IMG/VR virus record: IMGVR_UViG_3300020205_002210
Location: 1-64,000 of that record
Strand: one strand, 5' to 3'
DNA: 64,000 bases
From: a virus
Under the pieces are notes generated by a model. The model saw only the letters and a list, made by a program, of their open reading frames with translations. It was not told the origin of the DNA and did no database searches. The position numbers and the translations under genes were made by a program. Numbering within the stretch: the first letter of the stretch is position 1; every line of letters starts with the position of its first letter. Below are positions 1 to 8,253 of the stretch, piece after piece.

Positions 1-135
1 AGCTGCTGTCTTAGGAGCTTCTGTCTTAGGAGCTGTTGTCTTAGGAGCTTCAGTTTTAGGAGCTGCTGTCTTAGGAGCTTCTGTCTTAGGAGCTGTTGTT
101 TTAGGAGCTGTTGTCTTAGGAGCTTCTTTCTTAGG
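1..135 (-). repeat. 15-bp tandem repeat, 9 units visible, encoding PKT(A/E/T)A
   Basis: Units such as agctgctgtcttagg, agcttctgtcttagg and agctgttgtcttagg, with a 60-bp higher-order period (1-60 vs 61-120). Confidence 0.95.
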
Positions 136-519
136 TGATTCAACCTTCTTGGTTGGTTTACTAGCTTTGGCTTTTTTCTCAGCTTCTTTTTCTCTACGAA
201 TAACTCGTTTAGGTTTTGGTTTTCTACGTAAAGTCAGAGCCTTAATAATTTCTTGGTGTTGTCTTTGTTCTTCAGAATCACTCTCTTCTTTTATATTTTG
301 TTCTCTCTCATATTCCAATCTTCTCTCTTCATCAGAATCAACCATCAATTGATATATTGATCCAAGATACTGTGTATTGGACATACTGCCAGAGGTTTCA
401 CTCATGGCAGGCTCAATTTTGTTTGATTTAAATACTGAACTTAATTTCGATAATCCACGGCCGAGACCACCAGTAATTTTACCAGCTGTCTCTTTTAAAC
501 TTTTTGTTATTTCGGCCAT
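1..519 (-). CDS. Partial ORF running off the window edge; charged helical N-terminus followed by (PKTxA)n repeats; possibly tape-measure/hub-associated
   Basis: ATG at 519-517, open to base 1 (173 codons, MAEITKSLKETAGKITGG...PKKEAPKTTAPKTTAPKTEAPKTAA). Absent from the ORF track because the stop lies outside the window. Function is inferred only from its position after gp26/gp51. Confidence 0.6.
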   Translation of the reverse strand, partial: MAEITKSLKETAGKITGGLGRGLSKLSSVFKSNKIEPAMSETSGSMSNTQYLGSIYQLMVDSDEERRLEYEREQNIKEESDSEEQRQHQEIIKALTLRRKPKPKRVIRREKEAEKKAKASKPTKKVESPKKEAPKTTAPKTTAPKTEAPKTAAPKTEAPKTTAPKTEAPKTAA

Positions 520-522
520 CTA

Positions 523-711
523 TTATTTTCTCATGCGTTCTTTTAATTTCTGATTCTCTTCTTCCAAATATTGAATTAGCATGGCGACATAGATATCTCG
601 TTCCCAAGGTATCATATTCTCAAGTTCAGTAAGACTATACTTATGGTGTTGCATCAAAGAAAAGTTAGTCTTAAAGTAATTTTTTAAATCATCATAACAA
701 AGTATTAAACG
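523..711 (-). CDS. gp51: gp51-like baseplate hub assembly ORF; no start codon ahead of its conserved part; probable -1 frameshift extension of gp26
   Basis: Frame reads RLILCYDDLKNYFKTNFSLMQHHKYSLTELENMIPWERDIYVAMLIQYLEEENQKLKERMRK*. The NF-LMQHH-YSL-ELE-M-PWER motif is typical of T4-like gp51-type proteins. The first ATG is at 654, mid-motif. Confidence 0.7.
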   Translation of the reverse strand, partial: RLILCYDDLKNYFKTNFSLMQHHKYSLTELENMIPWERDIYVAMLIQYLEEENQKLKERMRK

Positions 712-1433
712 AAAAAACTTTCGAGTCCCTCCACATCCAACTTATGTGGAAAACCACATTTTGAACATGTGATATCAACCGACTTTCTTAACTTTGGAAT
801 ACTATTGAAAAAGTTTTCCAATTTCTCAAATTGTTCTTGGCTTAATTGTTCGATAAATTCAACCAATTCTTGTGTTGTCTGTTCTTTTGCATAATGAAAC
901 TGTTCACCATCATATATGTGTTCTATAGACTGAGCCAACATGTTGAAGGTAACATCCGTGATGTTGTCAATATCAACCGAGTCTTTTATTAACTTGAATG
1001 GTGGATAACGCATCTTAATAACAATTTTGTCAGTCAATTGAATTTCAGGATCAATATGTTCCTGATATTCAGGCTTAATTTCCATCAAATTAATCTTTAC
1101 TTCCATAACATTGCCGCATGTCTTACCATCTTCGACTTCATTATTGCAACGATATTTTGTTTCTGAAATTTCACCAACAGACTTTGCTCTCAGATGAATA
1201 AAGTAATACTCAACATCAACTATCGAAAGTTCATCGATATCAAAATCTTTGGATAGTGTACACACATCCAAGATTTCTCGTACATTGTGTTGTATGCTGT
1301 GTGCATCACCAGATTCCATCGCCATCAAAAGAGCTTTCTGCTCCTTTACTAGAAACGGTCTGTATTTTATCTTCTTCTTAGAAAGCGGTAATTCCAGTTC
1401 ATAAGTTGGCACTTCAAGTTTTGGTAAAGCCAT
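705..1433 (-). CDS. gp26: T4-like baseplate hub assembly protein (gp26-like)
   Basis: MALPKLEVPTYELELP...YRPFLVKEQKALLMA, two CxxC-like motifs (C-N...C-G and CSKCG), strong aaggag SD; typical position. Confidence 0.75.
   Translation of the reverse strand: MALPKLEVPTYELELPLSKKKIKYRPFLVKEQKALLMAMESGDAHSIQHNVREILDVCTLSKDFDIDELSIVDVEYYFIHLRAKSVGEISETKYRCNNEVEDGKTCGNVMEVKINLMEIKPEYQEHIDPEIQLTDKIVIKMRYPPFKLIKDSVDIDNITDVTFNMLAQSIEHIYDGEQFHYAKEQTTQELVEFIEQLSQEQFEKLENFFNSIPKLRKSVDITCSKCGFPHKLDVEGLESFFV
711..717 (-). promoter_or_regulatory. Candidate -1 ribosomal slippery heptamer T TTT TTC
   Basis: gp26 ends GAA AGT TTT TTC GTT TAA. The X XXY YYZ heptamer is in the correct phase, and the -1 frame is the gp51-like ORF. 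Confidence 0.6.
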
Positions 1434-1442
1434 AATATCTCC

Positions 1443-2117
1443 TTAATTATTTTCAATTTTAACGGTCGACTCCAGTGATTGTGCAATTGAGTTGAAACCT
1501 ATTCCGATGCCGCCAGATGCGCCGCCACCAAGTCCACCTACACTTGTGGCCACCGAGTTCAAACCAGCATCGATCAGTTCCATACCTAATGCTTGCAACG
1601 AATTGTTTTTCCAATAAGTATACGCAAAAGTTACCGACAGTTTATGGTAACCATCTGCGTTCCAATCTAAGTCCAGTTGGTTCATGGAAATAGGGAATGC
1701 ATCATATAAATTCACAGAATACGACAGTTTGTTTCCAACATCATATTGGTTGACTGTGATCGTTGTTGCATAATTTTCTTTATATCTCATATTGTAATTA
1801 AACATTGGATTAATATAGTTTAACCATGCATCAAAAAACACTTTTGATTCCATGTTGTCATCAATTATAAAAGTCAAATCTATGTCAGCATATGTAGTGA
1901 GATATGGATGTTTCTCAACTGGTCCATAAGTTTTTTGTTCAGTTGTTGCAAATGTTCTACCTGGAAGTTGTGCGTTTTCACATCTGTATGTAAGAGCTCT
2001 TGCTGTTGAGATGTACGGAATCAATGTCACTGGTATAGGAATGTTTACATCAAATCTATTTGGTCTGGCCAAATCACCTGAAAAACTTGATTTAAAATCA
2101 CTGATTGATCTAGGCAT
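1443..2117 (-). CDS. gp54: Tail-tube-fold baseplate/tube initiator (gp54/gp19-like)
   Basis: DLARPNRFDV, CENAQLPGR, FFDAWLNYI, LYDAFPISM, VTFAYTYW: tube-fold motifs. Confidence 0.6.
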   Translation of the reverse strand: MPRSISDFKSSFSGDLARPNRFDVNIPIPVTLIPYISTARALTYRCENAQLPGRTFATTEQKTYGPVEKHPYLTTYADIDLTFIIDDNMESKVFFDAWLNYINPMFNYNMRYKENYATTITVNQYDVGNKLSYSVNLYDAFPISMNQLDLDWNADGYHKLSVTFAYTYWKNNSLQALGMELIDAGLNSVATSVGGLGGGASGGIGIGFNSIAQSLESTVKIENN

Positions 2118-2735
2118 TTAATTGTTCCTTATTTCTTCTAGTGAATCTTTCCAGACTTCTTTTGGTTGTGCTTTTTTGAACTGGTGTACTGGCAAATATG
2201 TTGCAACATCCCATTCTTCTGGTTCAACAGCAAGAATCCTGGATTTTATGTGACTGTACAGGTACTTCTTCAGGCAAGGTCTAAACTCTTTTAGTCTAGA
2301 TGACGCATCCAACATAGGATAAGTCACCCTGACTCGTTTAATTTCATCCTCGTCATTATATAAAGCAAAACTCAACAACTTCTTTAGGAAGATTACACGG
2401 TATCTAAGTGGTAAGTAATGTATGTTTAAACCAATGAATCCATCAGATTGCCGTTTTAGTGGTATCACCAAAGGGAATCTATCATAGTAAGGCAAGTCAT
2501 CTTTGGTTTTAGGATCATACACAAAGTAATACATACCACCCATCAAGAATTTTTGTCTATCGGCCGGTCTTGTCCATCTTTCCTTTTCTTTTGTGATAGG
2601 AACAGACAATCGACCTGGATTTCTCAGGCCTGCAATTTTTTGCATCAACCATTTCAAAGACTGGCTGCTCATCGTTGGATGTTCAGCTGCGATCTTCTGT
2701 TCGGTCAGTGTGGTTAGTATGGATTTTGTTATCAT
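2118..2735 (-). CDS. gp2: DNA end protector protein
   Basis: GGMYYFVYDPKTKDDLPYYDRFPLV and GLNIHYLP are gp2-family motifs. Confidence 0.85.
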   Translation of the reverse strand: MITKSILTTLTEQKIAAEHPTMSSQSLKWLMQKIAGLRNPGRLSVPITKEKERWTRPADRQKFLMGGMYYFVYDPKTKDDLPYYDRFPLVIPLKRQSDGFIGLNIHYLPLRYRVIFLKKLLSFALYNDEDEIKRVRVTYPMLDASSRLKEFRPCLKKYLYSHIKSRILAVEPEEWDVATYLPVHQFKKAQPKEVWKDSLEEIRNN

Positions 2736-2739
2736 TGGA

Positions 2740-2746
2740 TATTTAG
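2740..2746 (-). promoter_or_regulatory. Late-promoter-like box CTAAATA, 4 nt upstream of the gp2 ATG
   Basis: Minus strand reads ctaaata-tcca-ATG. Confidence 0.5.
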
Positions 2747-3181
2747 TTACAGTCCAAGGTCATCTTCTGTAATAATCTGGAAGGCCCAGCCCCTATCTTG
2801 ACAATATTCATTAGCTGCTTTCCATTTAGCACTGTTAACACCCCATGTAGTGACTTCATTTATGTACTGTTTAGTGACACGCTTTTGTTTTTTAGGTTCC
2901 TGTGTCTGTTTTTTAGGTTTAACCTCAATCATCAATGTCTTTAGTTTACCCTCTTTGGTGCGTACTTTGACTAAGAAATCTGGATAATAACGATGAAACT
3001 TATTATCCACTGGAGATTTGTAAGGAACTATCAACTCTTCTGATGCCCACGATATGATATTTGGATTTTTATCGAGCCAGTGCATCACTCTACACTCCCA
3101 ACTCGAGCGATATATGATATTTTTGTGGTCACCCATGTATTTTTGTGGGTTTGTTGGTTTAAATGTGCCGGAATATGCCAT
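2747..3181 (-). CDS. gp4: Head completion protein (PD-(D/E)XK nuclease fold)
   Basis: MAYSGTFKPTNPQKY, YRSSWE, YYPDF, IEVKP. Confidence 0.9.
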   Translation of the reverse strand: MAYSGTFKPTNPQKYMGDHKNIIYRSSWECRVMHWLDKNPNIISWASEELIVPYKSPVDNKFHRYYPDFLVKVRTKEGKLKTLMIEVKPKKQTQEPKKQKRVTKQYINEVTTWGVNSAKWKAANEYCQDRGWAFQIITEDDLGL

Positions 3182-3274
3182 AGTTCATAAATAATTGTGT
3201 ATATACCAATCCGACGCCGGTGTGGAACGTCAGTTATGAATATATATGCGATTTCTTTTTGTGGATATGATACA

Positions 3275-3282
3275 TAAATAGA
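3275..3282 (+). promoter_or_regulatory. T4-type late promoter (CATAAATA) for gp48; a second copy lies at 3186-3193
   Basis: Matches the T4 late consensus TATAAATA, in the divergent gp4/gp48 intergenic region. Confidence 0.6.
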
Positions 3283-3312
3283 TTTTATACACACTCTTTT
3301 CTAAGAAAAACA

Positions 3313-4311
3313 ATGGCACTCATCACAATACCAACATCTATAGGTGGTTTAAACATTCCCGCAGGAATATTTGGCGGACCTTTGGGGTCACTATATCGAA
3401 AAGGTGGACTGGAATATGTACAATATCCGAGAGATTTGGGTAGTGCAACAAAGTCACACTCGATTTTGTTTACGATAGAAGAGATACAAGAAACAAAATT
3501 TCAGGACGTTTTAAATAAGATTGAATCTTTGTTCAAATCCAAGTCTGATCCAATTCCTGAAGGTGCAGCCACAGTTGATGAACAAAATGCAATAAATGAG
3601 GCCTTGGCTGACCAACGAGCTGGCACCACAGATAGAAGCTTTGTACAGAGTGCTGGTGATATGCTGAACTCCGGTTTAAATTCTCTTGGTGAATCCGTAA
3701 AAGAATTTAATAGTAGAAAAGGTGTACCAGTAGGTTATATTGCGCTCTATATGCCGGAAAATTTTAACATCACATCAAATATGTCATATGATGACACTAC
3801 AACAATAGCCTCGGCAGCTGGTGCATTACCATTAATTGGTAGTGTAGTTAGTAAAGTAACTGACAAACTTCAGAATAATGACGCTGCTAAACTTGCTTTA
3901 AACAGAGCCGGTTATGTTTTTAATCCACAAAAACAAATGTTGTTTCAGGGTATTGAGTTTAGAGAATTCAATCTATCTTTCACTTTCACACCATATTCAC
4001 AAAGGGAAGCGGAAGATGTTAAGAAAATTATCAAAATGTTTAGGATGTGGTCGGCACCAAAAACATCTTCGGCTGGAGCTGGTATGTTCTTTGTTCCGCC
4101 TGCGTTATTTGGTGTGGAATTTCAGTTTCAAGGTAAACTAAATCCAAATTTACCAAAGTTAGAAAGATGTGTTGTAGAATCGGTTGATGTTAATTATGCA
4201 CCAAACGGATGGGCTGCACACAGTGATGGTGCACCGATACAAACGACTATGGCAATTCAATTGAAGGAAATCGTACTGATTGACCGTGCAAAAGTGAATG
4301 CTGGATACTAA
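3313..4311 (+). CDS. gp48: Baseplate tail-tube cap
   Basis: IALYMP, FNPQKQMLFQGIEFREFNLSFTFTP, FFVPPALF, VNYAPNG, TMAIQLKE. Confidence 0.85.
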   Translation: MALITIPTSIGGLNIPAGIFGGPLGSLYRKGGLEYVQYPRDLGSATKSHSILFTIEEIQETKFQDVLNKIESLFKSKSDPIPEGAATVDEQNAINEALADQRAGTTDRSFVQSAGDMLNSGLNSLGESVKEFNSRKGVPVGYIALYMPENFNITSNMSYDDTTTIASAAGALPLIGSVVSKVTDKLQNNDAAKLALNRAGYVFNPQKQMLFQGIEFREFNLSFTFTPYSQREAEDVKKIIKMFRMWSAPKTSSAGAGMFFVPPALFGVEFQFQGKLNPNLPKLERCVVESVDVNYAPNGWAAHSDGAPIQTTMAIQLKEIVLIDRAKVNAGY

Positions 4312-4312
4312 A

Positions 4313-4933
4313 ATGCAATACTTTAATTCTTTACCTAAAGTTCAATATACCAATAAAAATGGTGTATCTACAGTGTACACCAACTTATTGGCTAGAGCAA
4401 GCATAATTCCAAGTCTGTTGAACAATACATTAAATTTTTATGATTATGACATACAAGACGGTGACACACCGGAAATTGTAGCATACAAATATTATGGTGA
4501 TTCTTATAGATATTGGGTGGTACTATATGTGAATCAAATAAATGATGCACAATGGGATTGGCCATTAAATGATAGAAATTTTCGTGAGTATATGAATGAA
4601 AAATATGCCGGTAATACCGCGGAGAATGTTCACCATTATGAAAAGACTATTACACAAACAAATAGAACATCTGGTACAGACTACGATATAAAAACCACAA
4701 CAAATAGCTTTTCGATTACAGAAGAAGAATACACCGAACTGCAAAATGCAGGTGGAATAGAAACAAATACATATGTTCTGCCAACCGGTTCAGTTGATGT
4801 TACAATAGAATCAAGAATAGTTACAAATTATACATATGAGCTTGAACTGAATGAAGCTAAAAGAAGTATAAAATTGTTAAACAAAGCATTTATTGACCAA
4901 TTTGAAAAAGATTTTATGGATTTAATGAAATAA
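4313..4933 (+). CDS. gp53: Baseplate wedge protein (LysM-like)
   Basis: MQYFNSLPKVQY, YDIQDGDTPEIVAYKYYGD...WVVLYVN...DWPL, HHYE. Start moved from 4298 to the ATG at 4313. Confidence 0.85.
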   Translation: MQYFNSLPKVQYTNKNGVSTVYTNLLARASIIPSLLNNTLNFYDYDIQDGDTPEIVAYKYYGDSYRYWVVLYVNQINDAQWDWPLNDRNFREYMNEKYAGNTAENVHHYEKTITQTNRTSGTDYDIKTTTNSFSITEEEYTELQNAGGIETNTYVLPTGSVDVTIESRIVTNYTYELELNEAKRSIKLLNKAFIDQFEKDFMDLMK

Positions 4934-4934
4934 T

Positions 4935-6296
4935 ATGGAAGATACAGATGCACCAAATGGTGGTTTTTATTATCCACAAGATTTTAGTTTAGAAGCTGTA
5001 GACATAACTACAGATTCCGGAAATGTATATAAATTAAAATATCTTGTTGTTGAATTGTCTTTCTTTGAAGACATATACGCTTTTGCGTGTTCGGGCAATG
5101 TGGTGTTGCGTGATGCTGTTGGTTTAATTGAAAAACTTAAATTGGATGGTTCCGAAATAATTGAAATTACTTATGGTAAATCAAGCTCACAAAAAAAATC
5201 TGAAAAGAATTCTAGAAAATATAGACTGTATAAGATTGGTAACAGAAAGCCGTTAGGCAATAAAACAACAGAATTTTTCACAATGTATTTCTGTTCAGAA
5301 GAATTGTTTTTATCTGAACAAATAAAAATATCCAAATCTTTTAAGGGCCAAACGATATCTAAAATTGTTGATAGTATATTATTAGATACTAACAACGGTC
5401 TAAAAGTAAACAAATCAAAAATACAAAAAATTGAAAATACTTATGGTGTTTATGATTTCGTTATACCAAAATTAAAACCATTTGAAGCTATTAGTTGGTT
5501 ATCTACATATGCTAGGCCAGAACGCCGAAGCGGTGCAGATTCAGGTGCAGACATGTTGTTTTATGAAACTAATGATGGATTTTATTTCCAGTCATTACAA
5601 TCTATGTTTACTGCGGCACCATATGCAACTTACAAATACCAACCATCCGATTTAGATTTCAAAAATAGTTACGAGAATAATTTTAATATTATAGACTATG
5701 AATTTATCAAAACTTATGACACACTTGATGCAACAGCTTCTGGTATATACGCAAACAGATTGATAAGTATTGATCCTTTGTTGAGAAAAAAAACTATTAC
5801 CGATTTCAATAAAGACAAATTGACTGGTTACTCAAACTCTGGATCACCAAGTAATAGGTTTGGTAAAAAATTAACAGATATGTATGATAGTTCGTTAAAA
5901 CTTGCGTTTAGTAATTCCAATCAAATTAACAGGCCATATATAAAGCAAGGCGAAAGTCAAGTCGGAAAAGATATTTTTATAGAAACTTCTGTGCCAAATA
6001 GGTCAGCACAAATTGCTTTGTCTAACTACACAGTGATGAAAGCAATAATACCTGGTGATAGTACCATAACAGCAGGAAGAACTGTTAATATTTTACTTTA
6101 CTCATTACAATTTGGTGGCGATGCAGAGAATGCAACCCGAGCGCTCGATACATATTTTTCTGGCATATATTTGGTGACAGCTGTTCGACACATCATACAA
6201 ACACAAGGTGTATATCAAACAGTTTTGGAATTGGCAAAAGAAAGTTTGAAATCTAGTTATGATACACAGGGAAATTCAGGAAGATTAAATGAATAA
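4935..6296 (+). CDS. Baseplate hub protein (gp27/gpD-like)
   Basis: Lies between gp53 and gp5; ELSFFEDI..SGNVVLRDA, LFYETNDGFYFQSL, IPGDSTITAGRTV, SGIYLVTAVRH. Confidence 0.65.
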   Translation: MEDTDAPNGGFYYPQDFSLEAVDITTDSGNVYKLKYLVVELSFFEDIYAFACSGNVVLRDAVGLIEKLKLDGSEIIEITYGKSSSQKKSEKNSRKYRLYKIGNRKPLGNKTTEFFTMYFCSEELFLSEQIKISKSFKGQTISKIVDSILLDTNNGLKVNKSKIQKIENTYGVYDFVIPKLKPFEAISWLSTYARPERRSGADSGADMLFYETNDGFYFQSLQSMFTAAPYATYKYQPSDLDFKNSYENNFNIIDYEFIKTYDTLDATASGIYANRLISIDPLLRKKTITDFNKDKLTGYSNSGSPSNRFGKKLTDMYDSSLKLAFSNSNQINRPYIKQGESQVGKDIFIETSVPNRSAQIALSNYTVMKAIIPGDSTITAGRTVNILLYSLQFGGDAENATRALDTYFSGIYLVTAVRHIIQTQGVYQTVLELAKESLKSSYDTQGNSGRLNE

Positions 6297-6582
6297 TTTT
6301 ATTGGTAAAGATGGATTTATTTGGTGGGTTGGCGTTGTTGAAGACAGAGCAGACACACTGGCTTTAGGTAGGTGTAAGGTCCGCATATTCGGTTGGCATA
6401 CAGACAATGTTATGGATTTACCGACTGGTGATTTACCTTGGGCTCTACCAATATATCCAATAAATAATTCAAAATCGTTTTCAGCACCAAGAATTGGTGA
6501 CTGGATAGTTGGTTTCTTTATGGATGGAGAATCCGCACAAGCACCTGTTATGATGGGTGTTCTACCTGGAATACAAGCATAA
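6289..6582 (+). CDS. gp5: gp5 N-terminal OB-fold domain as a stand-alone gene
   Basis: FIWWVGVVEDR, LGRCKVRIFGWH, LPWA, GDWIVGFFMDGESAQAPVMMG. Confidence 0.85.
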   Translation: MNNFIGKDGFIWWVGVVEDRADTLALGRCKVRIFGWHTDNVMDLPTGDLPWALPIYPINNSKSFSAPRIGDWIVGFFMDGESAQAPVMMGVLPGIQA

Positions 6583-7382
6583 TGGCAACACATAGTTTAC
6601 CTCGGACTAGTAATCAAAATCTGAGACCATTATTTACTAATGATGGTCCAACATCTGGCAATCCAACAATACCAGCATTAGCTCGAGGCGTTCTTGCAGA
6701 CACGATGATTGCGTTTTCAAATAAAAACCTATCTCATGTTTGTGATTTTGTTGATGAGATGCGTAAAAATGTTGAATTGAAAAAGTTTCTTAAAGCTGTT
6801 GCGGATAAATTAAGAGAAGGTATACGTAAAATTATGGCGGCTTTAGGAGTAAGTGATCTTTCTGGTATGCTCGCTAAATATGTGGATCAACTGAAAACAG
6901 CAACCAGATGGTTGAAGCGTGTGCAAAAAGAAATATTGCAACCAATTTTAGATTTTCAAAAATATGTACTAGCTTATATCACAAACATACGTGCAATAAT
7001 TCAATGGATTCTTGGACTACCTGCAAAATTTTTGGCTGTATTAAAAGACTGTTTGAGTAGATTACTAATATTAGTAAAAAATGTGTTTAGTGATTTTTTT
7101 GAAGTGTTGTTTGATGGTGTTGATACGGGTTTAGGTGATGCGATTAGTGCAGCTAAAGAATTTGCTGAAGAAGCTTACCGAACTGTTAATCTGACTGCAC
7201 AAATTGCGGTTGGCGCTGTTACTATTGTTAGTGCAGTTACAGTTGGTCTTTTAAATCCTGTAAGTGAAGCTGAGTTAATAGACGCAAACAGAACAATTGA
7301 TACATATGCAAGTACACTACCAACCGCAGAAAGTGTTGCTGCATCTACAGCACCAGAAGATCAAAAGAAATCGGCACCTTAA
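6582..7382 (+). CDS. Hypothetical amphipathic-helical protein between the gp5 halves
   Basis: 266-aa ORF coupled by a TAATG overlap; helical, with no recognisable lysozyme motif. Confidence 0.7.
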   Translation: MATHSLPRTSNQNLRPLFTNDGPTSGNPTIPALARGVLADTMIAFSNKNLSHVCDFVDEMRKNVELKKFLKAVADKLREGIRKIMAALGVSDLSGMLAKYVDQLKTATRWLKRVQKEILQPILDFQKYVLAYITNIRAIIQWILGLPAKFLAVLKDCLSRLLILVKNVFSDFFEVLFDGVDTGLGDAISAAKEFAEEAYRTVNLTAQIAVGAVTIVSAVTVGLLNPVSEAELIDANRTIDTYASTLPTAESVAASTAPEDQKKSAP

Positions 7383-7385
7383 AAT

Positions 7386-8252
7386 ATGAGTGATATAAAA
7401 TTACCCCCAGCAGGTCAACAATGGACAGAACCGGAGTCTGCGGCCAATACAGATTATCAGCCAACTTATCCATACAATAGTGTGACACAAACGGAATCGG
7501 GTCATACATTTGAGATGGATGACACACCGACACGCGAACGCATACGATTGAACCATCGATCCGGAACATTTATTGAAATGCATCCGGATGGCGATGAAGT
7601 GCATAAAGTTTATGGTGATGGTTACGAAATCATTGTAAAAAACAAAAATGTAAGAATTGTAGGAACCTGTAATCTATCTATAGAGGGTAACTACAATATT
7701 GATGTAAAAGGTGACATGAATGTACAGGTTGGTGGTGATTACACATCTCTTGTAAAAGGTAGAACAAATATGCGTTCACGCGGAGACCTTTCCATTTCGG
7801 GTGATGATGATGTTTCAATTAGTGCAAATGAAAATTTTGGAGGTGCTTTACGATTATCTGCATGTGACCACTTTCATTTAGCTTCAGATTTGGTAGTTTC
7901 AGGTTCAATTAGTGCAGATATTATAACTTCTAAAACAAGGGTGGATGCTCTGGTGGGTATGTCTGCTGGGTATGCAGGTTTTGTGTCGAGTACAGGAGGT
8001 TTATCCTTAGGTATTCCTTCTCCGGCCACACCTATCGCAGTTCCTGGTTGCATTAATACTGTTGGTACAATTACATCGTTGGCCGCAGTGAATGCACCAC
8101 TGGCCAACTTCGGATTGGCAAAAATTGGTATTATGGATGCAGTTTTAATGACAGATGTTATAAATTCAGCAGTTTTTAATGGCCACATACATCAATCTAC
8201 GGGTCCTTATTCACCAACCACACCTTCACTAATTCAATTTTTGAGTTTATAA
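7386..8252 (+). CDS. gp5: gp5 C-terminal spike (beta-helix) with an HxH apex motif
   Basis: YPYNSVTQTESGHTFEMDDTPTRERIRLNHRSGTFIEMHPDG, short beta-helix repeats, C-terminal GHIHQSTGP. Confidence 0.8.
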   Translation: MSDIKLPPAGQQWTEPESAANTDYQPTYPYNSVTQTESGHTFEMDDTPTRERIRLNHRSGTFIEMHPDGDEVHKVYGDGYEIIVKNKNVRIVGTCNLSIEGNYNIDVKGDMNVQVGGDYTSLVKGRTNMRSRGDLSISGDDDVSISANENFGGALRLSACDHFHLASDLVVSGSISADIITSKTRVDALVGMSAGYAGFVSSTGGLSLGIPSPATPIAVPGCINTVGTITSLAAVNAPLANFGLAKIGIMDAVLMTDVINSAVFNGHIHQSTGPYSPTTPSLIQFLSL

Positions 8253-8253
8253 T

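Noticed and set aside
1-135. CRISPR-like array
   Set aside because: Contiguous 15-bp tandem units with no spacers, in frame within a coding sequence.
149-352. Plus-strand 67-aa hydrophobic ORF
   Set aside because: Antisense to the K/E-rich minus-strand gene at 1-519, which explains its Phe/Leu/Ser composition.
7380-7388. Stop-codon readthrough joining 6582 to gp5C (in-frame TAA AAT ATG), or a recoded genetic code
   Set aside because: TAA is a poor readthrough codon and is the normal stop throughout; core genes have expected lengths under the standard code.
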